From an uncultured bacterium (GTDB lineage Bacteria > Patescibacteriota > Saccharimonadia > UBA4664), in the NCBI GenBank assembly GCA_963740635.1, contig CAVUEQ010000003.1, forward strand, positions 97,350 through 161,349: a stretch of 64,000 bases of DNA. Direction: 5' to 3'. Under the pieces are notes generated by a model. The model was not told where the DNA came from and searched no databases. It saw nothing but the letters and a program-made list of their open reading frames with translations. A program made the translations under genes and the position numbers. Position 1 is the first letter of the stretch. Every line of letters starts with the position of its first letter. Below, one piece after another: positions 19,165 to 28,088 of the stretch.

Positions 19165-19202
19165 ATTGTATGAAATTAGCACTCTCATGTCAAGAGTGCT
19201 AA
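19165..19202 (-). promoter_or_regulatory. CIRCE operator overlapping the dnaK promoter
   Basis: Perfect TTAGCACTC-N9-GAGTGCTAA (19202-19176). The N9 spacer supplies TTGACA (19193-19188), then 17 nt, then TACAAT (19170-19165). Confidence 0.9.
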
Positions 19203-19236
19203 CCGCGCGGCTTTAATTTTGTTGATCCAATTGTGC

Positions 19237-19725
19237 TCAGCAGTGGAGGGGATTCCACCACAGTCTCCAGCCGGCGTTGTAATACTGGTCAGTCATACAG
19301 CCATTTGTTTGCAGCCTGAACAGATAGTACCCACCCGGGCTTCGGTTGTTGATGCCCGTAGACCACCGGGCGTGTCCGCCGCAGTCATATATCACCACAT
19401 TTCCATCCGTTTGGAAGGCGAGCCGCTCCGGCTTGCAGTAAATATTCGTGCCCGATGCCCACACCGCATGGTATCTACCCGTTGACGCGCTCCACTCATA
19501 TTCAACGAAGTTACCGTCCGATTGGAAAACTATTGCGGCAAGGCCGCCGGATGCCGGGACACGCCACGACGGGCTGCGGTTGGAATAGATATTGGCCGAC
19601 TTGGCGTAACCATGACCGTAATAGTAATCCCAGATGACTAATGATCCGGCGTTGGCCGGTACCGACCACATTGAGAGAACAAATGTCAGTACCGATGCAA
19701 TTATTAATGACGCTTTTAACTTCAT
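19237..19725 (-). CDS. secreted bulb-type (B-type) mannose-binding lectin domain protein
   Basis: Signal peptide (..VPANA|G). Two copies of the QxDxNxVxY lectin motif (FQSDGNFVEY, FQTDGNVVIY) plus a degenerate third repeat. Confidence 0.7.
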   Translation of the reverse strand: MKLKASLIIASVLTFVLSMWSVPANAGSLVIWDYYYGHGYAKSANIYSNRSPSWRVPASGGLAAIVFQSDGNFVEYEWSASTGRYHAVWASGTNIYCKPERLAFQTDGNVVIYDCGGHARWSTGINNRSPGGYYLFRLQTNGCMTDQYYNAGWRLWWNPLHC

Positions 19726-19834
19726 ACCTACCTCCTCAACCCCTTGTTGCGCTTAAGCGTACGCCGCTGGCAAAGGCATGGCATCGGTAAAAATGTCACT
19801 GTAGAGGGAATATTTTGAGGAAAATTATGGAAAC

Positions 19835-20323
19835 TCAGGCGGCAGGCGGAGCGGACGGCGGGGCAGGATTCGCAGGAGTTGCCTGTGCGGCGGTGGCGTG
19901 CCCGCCCTTGAAGTTGGCTTTGTCCACAAAGAACACGCCAACGATGGGCAGCAGGAAGAGCAGCACCCAGAAGCCGGCATCGCGGTCGTACTTAGAGGCG
20001 AAGCTGACAACGATGAGGATTTCGAGCACCAATGCTGCCAAGCCCGTTAGAAGGCCCAGCAGTGGGACGAAGGACACCACTATGCAGGCTACGAGGGCCC
20101 AGAATTTCCATGGCTCAGAGCCGCCGACCTTGGTTATGACCCAGAGGTTATAGAACGGGACTATAGCCGCCCAGCCCGGCTGGCCGGCTTTGGTGAAGAG
20201 CTTCCACAAACCTACTAACAGCGGAAGGGTGTAGAAAAGCAAGGTGCCAAAAACCAGGGCAAGTATAAATCCGCCAACGGCGGCCGCTGTCGCCGGATCG
20301 ACGGTGGTTGTTGTGTCGTACAT
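19835..20323 (-). CDS. DUF5684-family membrane protein
   Basis: ..LWKLFTKAGQPGWAAIVPFYNLWV..KV.G.. matches the DUF5684 core. 3-4 TM helices. Confidence 0.6.
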   Translation of the reverse strand: MYDTTTTVDPATAAAVGGFILALVFGTLLFYTLPLLVGLWKLFTKAGQPGWAAIVPFYNLWVITKVGGSEPWKFWALVACIVVSFVPLLGLLTGLAALVLEILIVVSFASKYDRDAGFWVLLFLLPIVGVFFVDKANFKGGHATAAQATPANPAPPSAPPAA

Positions 20324-20380
20324 GGAATTAGTCCTTTATTGTAATGATTAACTAAAGTAAACCAGTTTCTGAGAGGCTGG

Positions 20381-20944
20381 TCAATTTACACGCATCTCGC
20401 CGACCTTCACCATAGCATGGCGCAGAACGGTGTCGCCGAGCTTGTAGCCGGCCTGGAGCTCCTCGGTGACGGTGTCGCCGGCGCCGTCGGTGGCGATGGC
20501 CTCGTGGAGGTGCGGGTCGAAGGGAGTACCGACGGAGGTGAAGCGCTCGACGCCGAGCTTGGCCAGGGTTTGGTCGAACTGGGTGCGGATGGCATCGATC
20601 GATTTGGCCCACTCCGGGTTGGTGTCGGCGGGGCGGTGGGCCAGCTCGGAGTCGAAGCTGTCGCGGACGGTCAGGAATTCGCGGACCACGCGGGCGGTGG
20701 CGAAGCCGGCGATGTCGGCGCGCTCGGCGTCGGCGCGGCGTTTGTAGTTGATGAATTCGGCCTGGAGGCGCTGCAGGTCGGCGGTGAGCTCGGCGACTTG
20801 ATCGCCATCGGCGCCGCCGGCGGATACGGTTTGCTCGGAGTGGCTTTCGACATTCACCTCAGTGTTGGAAGTATTGCTGACATCCTGCCCCATTTCCTCG
20901 AGGATTTTCTTGGCTTTTTTCTGAGCGTCATCCATTTTGGACAT
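20381..20944 (-). CDS. grpE: nucleotide exchange factor GrpE
   Basis: 187 aa. ..LQRLQAEFINYKRR..E.. and the C-terminal ..G..F.P..HEA.. are typical of GrpE. It lies between hrcA and dnaK. Confidence 0.9.
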   Translation of the reverse strand: MSKMDDAQKKAKKILEEMGQDVSNTSNTEVNVESHSEQTVSAGGADGDQVAELTADLQRLQAEFINYKRRADAERADIAGFATARVVREFLTVRDSFDSELAHRPADTNPEWAKSIDAIRTQFDQTLAKLGVERFTSVGTPFDPHLHEAIATDGAGDTVTEELQAGYKLGDTVLRHAMVKVGEMRVN

Positions 20945-20952
20945 ATATTCTC

Positions 20953-21645
20953 CTAACTAAGTGCTTCTTCGAGCAATTTGCCGGTGTATTGGACGAGACC
21001 GATGACGGGGCCGTAATTTTGGCGGGTGGGGCCGAGCACGCCGACGTAGCTGCGGGAGCTGAACGGCGACTCGAAGCGGCTGATGATGAGGGTGGCGCCG
21101 GAGCTGCGGCCGATGGGGTTTTCGCGGCCGATGTAGACGCTGATGGGGGCATTGGGGGCGGCTTCGGCCAGCCACTCTTCGAGGCTGTCGAGGAGCCGGG
21201 CGACCTCATAGGCGTTGGCGCCGCCGGAGAATTCGGGGTGCTGGAAGAGGCTGGCCATGCCGGAGAGGTAGAGGTTGCCGGAGATGGTGCCGAGGCCGAG
21301 GTTGCCGGTAACGTGGGCGAGCGATTCGACGGCGTTTTTGATGGTGCGCTCGCGCTCGCCGGCGGATTTGATGTGGCGGGCCAGCGCCTGCTCGTGGCGG
21401 CCGTCGTGGGTGGGCTCGCCGAGGGCGTTGACGTAGGCGCGGTAGCCTTTGTCGGTGGGCACGCGGCCGGCCGAAATGTGCGGCTGCATGATGAACCCGG
21501 CGGTCTCCAGGGCCGCCATTTCGGCGCGGATGGTGGCGCTCGAGGTCTCGAAGCGCTCGCACAAAGACATGGAGCCCACGGGTTCGGCCGTTTTGGCATA
21601 GGTCTCCACGATGGCGGCGAGGACATGTTGCTGCCGGGGTGTCAT
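20953..21645 (-). CDS. hrcA: heat-inducible transcription repressor HrcA (short form, 230 aa)
   Basis: N-terminal winged helix ..RQQHVLAAIVETY..EPVGS..L......SSATIR.EMA.LE..G....PH.SAGR.PT.KGYR.YV. and C-terminal ..GVLGPTR..Y. Confidence 0.88.
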   Translation of the reverse strand: MTPRQQHVLAAIVETYAKTAEPVGSMSLCERFETSSATIRAEMAALETAGFIMQPHISAGRVPTDKGYRAYVNALGEPTHDGRHEQALARHIKSAGERERTIKNAVESLAHVTGNLGLGTISGNLYLSGMASLFQHPEFSGGANAYEVARLLDSLEEWLAEAAPNAPISVYIGRENPIGRSSGATLIISRFESPFSSRSYVGVLGPTRQNYGPVIGLVQYTGKLLEEALS

Positions 21646-21651
21646 GGGGTT

Positions 21652-21690
21652 ATTTTAGATGGTTTAGCACTCGGCCGTCAAGAGTGCTAA
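21652..21690 (-). promoter_or_regulatory. CIRCE operator overlapping the hrcA promoter; transcript probably leaderless
   Basis: Perfect TTAGCACTC-N9-GAGTGCTAA (21690-21664). The spacer contains TTGACG (21681-21676), then 18 nt, then TAAAAT (21657-21652), only 6 nt before the hrcA ATG (21645). Confidence 0.85.
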
Positions 21691-21915
21691 CCAAGCGTGG
21701 ATCGTCTGTGTGCTCAAGGCGGGAACTCCAAGCGCGGAAACTATATGCACTTTGCATATATGCAGAATGCATATATTTCTTAGTAAGTAGACATACCGAT
21801 ACAACTCTAAAGGCCGGATATCCAGACGCCGATAACCCTATAGCCGAAAACCACACGGAGACTTGCTCCTAGGAAAAGCAAGAGCTTTATTGTTGGCGGT
21901 CGGGCTATCTGCCAT

Positions 21916-22641
21916 CTACTTCAGCGCTTTGAGGGCGGAGATGGCCGAGGCAGCGTCCTGGCGGGCGGTTTTGAGGTCGGTTTGAGCGGCCGCGAGGGTG
22001 GTGCGGAAAGTCAGCAACACGGTGTGGTTGGCATTGTAGTCGGTGGGCTGGAGCGCCAGCAGCTGGGTGACAACATTGGCGGTCTTGGTTTGGGCGTCAG
22101 CGATTTTGGCGTTCATGTCGGTAACGCCGGCCTGCTCGGCGGTGACGTCCTGGCCGGCGGCCTTGGCAGTGCTGATTTTCGCCTGGAGCTTAACGCTGAG
22201 GGCGGTGAGCTGGGCTTCGGCGACATCGAAGCGGTCGGCGGAAGCAACCAGGCGGGCTTTGGGCAGCATAAGTGCGTACACCCGGTAATCGGTGATGATG
22301 CTCTGGACGTCCGTGCGGGCGGTAGCGAGCACAGTGTCGGCGGCCAGCTTGGCCTTCAGGGCCCCCAGGCCGGTGAGTTCGGCGTTGAGCTGGCTGGTGA
22401 GTGTAGCCTTGGCTGCGGCGGTGAGCTTGGTGCTGGCAGCCAGCTTGTCGAGCGCGGCGGTGAGGTTGGTGATGCGGCGGTCGATCTCGGCATTGCCGCG
22501 GGTCTTGAGGTTGGTGAGGTGCTGGGCGGCCGCGGCACCGGGAGTGGGCGTGGGCGTGCTGACAGCGCTGATGGTGGCGGTGGGCATGGCGGCCAACAAG
22601 ACGGCGGCCAGGACCCGGCGCGTGACGGTGACGGTACTCAT
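21916..22641 (-). CDS. secreted Ala/Thr-rich coiled-coil protein, unknown function
   Basis: 241 aa. Signal peptide followed by helical heptad-like sequence. Confidence 0.5.
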   Translation of the reverse strand: MSTVTVTRRVLAAVLLAAMPTATISAVSTPTPTPGAAAAQHLTNLKTRGNAEIDRRITNLTAALDKLAASTKLTAAAKATLTSQLNAELTGLGALKAKLAADTVLATARTDVQSIITDYRVYALMLPKARLVASADRFDVAEAQLTALSVKLQAKISTAKAAGQDVTAEQAGVTDMNAKIADAQTKTANVVTQLLALQPTDYNANHTVLLTFRTTLAAAQTDLKTARQDAASAISALKALK

Positions 22642-23102
22642 TCGCTTAAGTCTCCCTGGGTGTCGCTGAGGGCGGCGCCGGCGTCGCTGAAGTTGGTGTT
22701 GGCGTCGTTGAGGCTGGCGTCGGCGGCCTGGAGCGAGCTGTCCAGATCGCTGGTGGCCGGGATGGGGGTGGGCGTGGGCGTGGGGGTCGCTGGCGATCCG
22801 GGGACGTGCTGGCCGCTGAGCATGAAGTAGGCGCCGCCGCCCAGCACGATCACGAGCAGGATGGTGAGGATCACCGGGACGACCGAGTGCTTGCGCTTCA
22901 CCGGCTCGGGGGGCGGCGGGCCGCCTCCGGATACAAACGGCTGCACGGTTGGCCCGGGCGGCGTGAGCGGCGCCGGCGCATCGGCCGCCGGAGGCGTGGG
23001 CGGGGGCGGGTCGGTGTTAACCGAGGCGTTGCTGGAGCTGCCGGGGTTGGATTCGGGCTCGGCGTTGGCTGCCGGTTTGGTTTCGGGTTGAGGGTCTGAC
23101 AT
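22638..23102 (-). CDS. Pro-rich single-pass membrane protein, unknown function
   Basis: 154 aa. Proline-rich N-terminus, TM helix (VVPVILTILLVIVLGGGAYFML) and TPTPTP linker. Overlaps the downstream start by 4 nt. Confidence 0.5.
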   Translation of the reverse strand: MSDPQPETKPAANAEPESNPGSSSNASVNTDPPPPTPPAADAPAPLTPPGPTVQPFVSGGGPPPPEPVKRKHSVVPVILTILLVIVLGGGAYFMLSGQHVPGSPATPTPTPTPIPATSDLDSSLQAADASLNDANTNFSDAGAALSDTQGDLSE

Positions 23103-23246
23103 TGGAAGGACCTTGCTTAACGGTTCAATACCTTTATACCACTTATGCTACCACTTATTCTGAGAGCCCTGCCGGGCTCGGTCCAGTATTTGGCCGATTT
23201 TGCCGCTATGACGGGCAAATCCTGAACCATATGATAGGATAGGCGC

Positions 23247-24803
23247 ATGGACGAGGCGGTTACCCCTAAGCAGCCGGACCCCACGCGCTGGTGGACGCTA
23301 GCGGTGGTGTGTGCCGCGATTTTTATGCTGCTGATCGATATTACGATCGTGAATGTGGCGCTGCCGGATATACAGAAGGCTTTTAACTCGAGCTTTTCGA
23401 ACCTGCAATGGGTGATAGACGCTTACGCGCTGACGCTGGCGAGCTTCGTGCTCAACGCGGGCAGCCTGGCCGACCGGTACGGGCGCCGGCTGCTGTTTCT
23501 GATAGGTGTGGGCATTTTTACCCTGGCATCGGCGCTGTGCGGGGCGGCGGTGAGCGACTTTATGCTGATCGCGATGCGGGCGCTGCAAGGCGTGGGTGCC
23601 GCGATCATGTTCGCGGTGTCGCTGGCGCTGCTGGCCAACAGCTTCCATGGCCGCGAGCGCGGGACGGCGTTTGGGATCTGGGGGGCGGTGACGGGGGCGG
23701 CGGTGGCGATCGGGCCGCTGGCCGGCGGCGCCCTGACGTCGTGGATATCGTGGCACTGGATTTTCTACATTAATGTGCCCATCGGGCTGCTGACGCTGGT
23801 GGTGGGGGCCTGGAAGGTGCGCGAATCGCGCGACCCGGGGGCGAACAAGACCGACTGGATCGGCGTCGTGACGCTGTCGGCGGCGCTGTTTTGCCTGATT
23901 TTCGCGCTGCTGCGAGGCAATAACTGGGGCTGGACGGCGGCCAAAACGCTCGGGCTGCTGAACGCGGGCGGCACGCTGACGGTGGCGTATTTGCTGAATG
24001 AGGCGCTGTCGCCGAACCGGTCGCTGCCGCTGGGCTGGTTTAGGATACCGGCGTTTACGGGTACGCAGCTGGCGGCGTTTGGGATATCGGCGTCGATATT
24101 CTCGATGTTTTTGTATCTCACGCTGTATCTGCAAAATGTGCTCGGCTTCTCGGCGATTGACGCCGGCCTGAGATTTTTGCCGACGACATTGCTGGCGTTT
24201 TTCGTGGCGCCGATTGCCGGGCGCCTGAGCGCGCGGGTGCGGCCGCAGCTGCTGATCAGCTTCGGGCTGGCGCTGATCGCGGAGTCGCTGCTGCTGATGT
24301 ACGGGCTGGGGGCCGACTCGGAATGGACCGCGCTGCTGCCGGGATTTATTTTGGCCGGCATCGGGATCGGGATGGTGAACCCGCCGCTGGCGTCGACGGC
24401 CATTTCGGTGGTGCCGGCAGCGGAATCCGGGACGGCCTCGGGGGTCAACAATACGTTCCGGCAGGTGGGAATTGCCTCTGGCATCGCTGTGCTGGGGGCG
24501 ATTTTCCAGCACCGGGTGGGCGACGAATTACGCGGGTCGCTGGGGTCGCTGCCGATACCGAAGGGCGCGCTTGACGGGCTGACAGTGGCCGTGTCGTCGG
24601 GGCGAGTCCATGAGGCTGCCCAAGCGGCGCCGGTGGCGGTGCGGGCACTGGTAGAAACCTCGTCGAAGGAGGCATTCATTGTGGCCATCAACCAGTTGTT
24701 TTTGGTGGGGGCGGCCATCGCTGGGGTGGCCGCGGTGCTGGCGTTTGTGCTCCTGCGCAAGCAACCGGCGACCGGGCAGGCGCGAGGTGCGGCCGAGGGT
24801 TAG
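23247..24803 (+). CDS. MFS transporter, DHA2 (EmrB/QacA-like, 14-TMS) family
   Basis: 518 aa. ..IVNVALP.I......S....QWV..AY.L..A......G.L.DR.GRR.. is the DHA2 signature. Confidence 0.85.
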   Translation: MDEAVTPKQPDPTRWWTLAVVCAAIFMLLIDITIVNVALPDIQKAFNSSFSNLQWVIDAYALTLASFVLNAGSLADRYGRRLLFLIGVGIFTLASALCGAAVSDFMLIAMRALQGVGAAIMFAVSLALLANSFHGRERGTAFGIWGAVTGAAVAIGPLAGGALTSWISWHWIFYINVPIGLLTLVVGAWKVRESRDPGANKTDWIGVVTLSAALFCLIFALLRGNNWGWTAAKTLGLLNAGGTLTVAYLLNEALSPNRSLPLGWFRIPAFTGTQLAAFGISASIFSMFLYLTLYLQNVLGFSAIDAGLRFLPTTLLAFFVAPIAGRLSARVRPQLLISFGLALIAESLLLMYGLGADSEWTALLPGFILAGIGIGMVNPPLASTAISVVPAAESGTASGVNNTFRQVGIASGIAVLGAIFQHRVGDELRGSLGSLPIPKGALDGLTVAVSSGRVHEAAQAAPVAVRALVETSSKEAFIVAINQLFLVGAAIAGVAAVLAFVLLRKQPATGQARGAAEG

Positions 24804-25126
24804 GGCGCGAACATCTCCTGCAGCCTGTCGAGGATGCGCACCAGGTCGCTGGGGTGGGTTTCGCCCAGCTGGCCGATAACGCGGAGTGGGCTCATTACCT
24901 GGATTTGGTCTAGCATTGCGTAGCATGTTTGTTCACGGAACTCGATGCGCAGACGCGTGGGGTATGGCCGGTCCTTAGTTGTCAGCGGCACTGCAATGAA
25001 AGTAGCCGCTTTGGTATTTGAGATATCGGGCGACACTACCACGCATGGCCTTGGCTTTTTAACTTCGCTGCCAACACCATCGAAGGTAGCCAGGTAAACC
25101 TGACCGCGTCTTATTTTTCCCACCAA
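24800..25126 (-). CDS. type II toxin, PemK/MazF family endoribonuclease
   Basis: 108 aa. ..RRGQVYLATFDGVGSEVKKPRPCVVVSPD.... is the MazF/PemK N-terminal pattern. Overlaps the antitoxin gene by 16 nt. Confidence 0.8.
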   Translation of the reverse strand: MVGKIRRGQVYLATFDGVGSEVKKPRPCVVVSPDISNTKAATFIAVPLTTKDRPYPTRLRIEFREQTCYAMLDQIQVMSPLRVIGQLGETHPSDLVRILDRLQEMFAP

Positions 25127-25410
25127 CCGTCCTCGTCTTCGAGCAATTCGGGGGCTACGTATATGCCGACCTGCCAGTCGAGTTCTTCTTGGGTCGGCTC
25201 CAAGTCGCCGCGCTCATAGGCTGCTTCCATCTGCTCGGCCCAGCCTTCGCGGGGTTTGCGATGGTTAGAGATAAGAATTTCGCCGTCGCGGGCAATGAGC
25301 TCGACCTCGTCGGCGAGGCCGGCCTGTTCGATAAGGGCTTTGGGGATACGGATGCCGCGGGAATTGCCGATCCTTGTGAGCTTAGTTGTGGTCTTGGGGC
25401 GCGTCGTCAT
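25111..25410 (-). CDS. AbrB/MazE/SpoVT family antitoxin
   Basis: 99 aa. The ..LTRIGNSRGIRIPKALIEQAGL.. swapped-hairpin motif lies upstream of the MazF-like gene. Confidence 0.8.
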   Translation of the reverse strand: MTTRPKTTTKLTRIGNSRGIRIPKALIEQAGLADEVELIARDGEILISNHRKPREGWAEQMEAAYERGDLEPTQEELDWQVGIYVAPELLEDEDGWWEK

Positions 25411-25453
25411 AATAACATTGTAATTACGTTGATCCGAAAAGCAATCTTCTTTG

Positions 25454-27238
25454 TCATGAATCCTTGCTCACAAGCACCATGAACGCTTCGGCCGGGATGT
25501 CGACCTTGCCGATGCGCTTCAGGCGCTTTTTGCCACGTTTTTGCTTGTCCAGGAGCTTGTTTTTACGCGTGACGTCGCCGCCGTAGAGTTTGGCGATGAC
25601 GTCTTTGCGCACGGCCTTGACGTCTTCGCGGGCGATGATTTTGCCGCCGATGGCCGCCTGGAGCGACACTTCGAAGTTTTGGCGCGGGATGAGGTCCTTG
25701 AGCTTTTCGACGATTTGCTTGCCGGCGCGGGGGGCTTCGTCGGCGTGGGTGATCTGCGAGAGGCTGTCGATGAGCTCGCCGCCCACCAGAATGTCGAGGC
25801 GCACGAGACGCTCGGGGCGGTAATCGGCCAGCTCGTAATTGAAGCTGCCGTAGCCGGAGGTGATGGACTTGAGCGAGTCGTAGAAGTCGGTGAGGACGTT
25901 GGCGAGGGGAGCTTCGAAGTCGATGAGGGCTAGCGTTTCGTCGAGATAATTGAGTGACTTTTGAATCCCGCGGATGCGATTAATCAGCTGGATGCAGCCG
26001 CCGACGTAGGGGCCGGGCACCACTATTTCGCCGCGGATCCAGGGCTCGCGGATGTGGTCGATTCTGGACTGCTCGGGCAGGCCGGCGGCGGAGCGGATGG
26101 TGTAATCGGCGCCGGCGGTGTCGGTGACGATGTAGTCGGTGCTGGGGCTCGTGACCACGAGGTCGAGGCCGTATTCGCGCTCGAGCCGCTCGCGGACGAT
26201 TTCCAGATGGAGCAGGCCGAGGAAGCCGACGCGGTAGCCAAAGCCGAGCACCTGGGACGATTCTGGCTCGTAGATGAGGGCGGCGTCGTTGAGGGTGAGC
26301 TTCTCGAGGGCGTCTTTTAGTAATGGGTATTGTTCGCCGGAACTGGGGAAGAAGCCCGCGAACACGAACGGCTTAACCTGTTTGTAGCCGGGAAGGGCCT
26401 GCGTGGCAGGGGTGGACTTGAGCGTGACGGTATCGCCGACGCGGGCTTCCGAGATGTCTTTGAGGTTGGTGACGATGTAGCCGATTTGGCCGGTTTGGAT
26501 GTCGGGGGCCGGGGTTTGCTTGGGCGCGAAGGTGCCGACTTCCACGGCCAGACCCGAGGCGCGAGTGGCCATGAGAGTGAGGTGGTCGTGGCGCTTCACC
26601 ACGCCGTCGACAATGCGCACGAACAAGATGACGCCGCGGTGGATGTCGTAGATGGAGTCGAAGATCAGCGCCCGAAGGGGCGCTTCAGTGTTCCCCTGGG
26701 GAGCAGGTATATCACTAACAATGTGGTCTAATAGGGCGCCTACCCCCTCCCCGGTCTTTCCTGAAACGCGCAGGATGCTGTCGGGGTTGACCCCGAGCAG
26801 ACTGGCCACTTCGCCCGCTACACGCTCGGGATCAGCCGCTGGGAGGTCGATTTTGTTGAGGACCGGGATGATCTCGAGGCCGGCCTCGATGGCCAGGTAG
26901 ACGTTGGCGAGGGTTTGCGCCTGGATGCCCTGGGAGGCGTCCACCACCAAGACGGCGCCTTCGCAAGCGGCCAGACTGCGACTGACTTCGTAGCTGAAGT
27001 CGACGTGCCCGGGCGAGTCGATTAAGTTCAGGGTGTGATCTTTCCAGGCCATTTTGACGGGCTGGAGCTTAATCGTTATCCCCTTTTCGCGTTCGAGGTC
27101 CATGCTGTCGAGTAATTGTGCCTGCATGTCGCGCTTTTGGACCGTGCCGGTGAGCTCGAGCATGCGGTCGGCCAGGGTCGATTTGCCATGGTCGATGTGC
27201 GCGATGATACAAAAATTGCGGGTGTGGGCTTGGTTCAC
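25454..27238 (-). CDS. lepA: translation elongation factor 4 (LepA)
   Basis: 594 aa. ..RNFCIIAHIDHGKSTLADR.., DSPGHVDF and the LepA-specific C-terminal domain (..GKKRLK.IGKV.IP.EAF). Confidence 0.95.
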   Translation of the reverse strand: MNQAHTRNFCIIAHIDHGKSTLADRMLELTGTVQKRDMQAQLLDSMDLEREKGITIKLQPVKMAWKDHTLNLIDSPGHVDFSYEVSRSLAACEGAVLVVDASQGIQAQTLANVYLAIEAGLEIIPVLNKIDLPAADPERVAGEVASLLGVNPDSILRVSGKTGEGVGALLDHIVSDIPAPQGNTEAPLRALIFDSIYDIHRGVILFVRIVDGVVKRHDHLTLMATRASGLAVEVGTFAPKQTPAPDIQTGQIGYIVTNLKDISEARVGDTVTLKSTPATQALPGYKQVKPFVFAGFFPSSGEQYPLLKDALEKLTLNDAALIYEPESSQVLGFGYRVGFLGLLHLEIVRERLEREYGLDLVVTSPSTDYIVTDTAGADYTIRSAAGLPEQSRIDHIREPWIRGEIVVPGPYVGGCIQLINRIRGIQKSLNYLDETLALIDFEAPLANVLTDFYDSLKSITSGYGSFNYELADYRPERLVRLDILVGGELIDSLSQITHADEAPRAGKQIVEKLKDLIPRQNFEVSLQAAIGGKIIAREDVKAVRKDVIAKLYGGDVTRKNKLLDKQKRGKKRLKRIGKVDIPAEAFMVLVSKDS

Positions 27239-27398
27239 GGTACTTGATTATACCTGTGTTGGTTCCAAAATGAAAAAGGCCCCGGAGGGCCTCCCCGGTT
27301 GTTCACAAACGGGGAGGTCTCTCGGGGTGTGGGGGTGGCCCCGTGGCAGGAATGCGTGACTGCCTGGAGCGGGGTCGCACCCAAGATCGGCGCGACGG

Positions 27399-28073
27399 TT
27401 AGCAACTGTCGGCCAGATTCAACGCAGCGTTTGAATCTGATGAGCGGCGCCATATGCCGCCTGGTTTGCCGTAGAGGTACCCGCCCTGATACTCAATGCT
27501 GTACACTTTGGCGCCGGAAAGTCTGCATCTGATAACCCCGTACCCATTGTTGTCGACTGAACGGGCGTCTTCTGGGTGCTTAGGGTCCTCGAGGCACACG
27601 ACACCGTCGTTGTTGCTGATCCGTTTTCCGGGTAAGGACTCACATAACGGGGTAGTGATCTTCTGGCCAGTGGACGTGTGCGTGGCGGCGTACCCATCAT
27701 TGATCACTTGATGACGGTGGACGGCGTGGAAGCCCCAGACCAACATCACGATGAACAGAATGCACGCCGCAATCGTTGCGATAACTGTCCAGCCGTTGGC
27801 AAAACCATTGCTTGCTGACAATGAGACAAGCACAACGACGGCGATGATGATCCACAGCACGTAGAACGTGATAGCTGGTTGCAGCACTTCGCTCTCATGA
27901 TTGAGCTTGCCGAAGGCAATGATCGCCCAAGTCGGCATCCAGAAAGTTCCGATGACGATTGCCAGCGCCATGAAGCCGGCAATGAAGGTTTTGACGCCTT
28001 GCATCTCACAAGCCTTTCTATCGGGGCGTGGACGGGACGTGCTTATTTTGAACCTTTCTTGTATATCTGTCAA
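27399..28073 (-). CDS. hypothetical membrane protein (4 TM) with Cys-containing extracytoplasmic C-terminal domain
   Basis: 224-aa ORF with lower GC. No family recognised. Confidence 0.45.
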   Translation of the reverse strand: MTDIQERFKISTSRPRPDRKACEMQGVKTFIAGFMALAIVIGTFWMPTWAIIAFGKLNHESEVLQPAITFYVLWIIIAVVVLVSLSASNGFANGWTVIATIAACILFIVMLVWGFHAVHRHQVINDGYAATHTSTGQKITTPLCESLPGKRISNNDGVVCLEDPKHPEDARSVDNNGYGVIRCRLSGAKVYSIEYQGGYLYGKPGGIWRRSSDSNAALNLADSC

Positions 28074-28088
28074 TAATCAGGTGCAGTT

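Noticed and set aside
23150-23246. Possible TPP riboswitch upstream of the MFS transporter (CTGAGA and CCTGAAC motifs)
   Set aside because: Only two short matches are present. The conserved ACCC..GAACCTGATCTGGnTAATAC core and the pairing partners are missing. The region is better explained by a promoter (ATGACG-16-TATGAT) close to the ATG.
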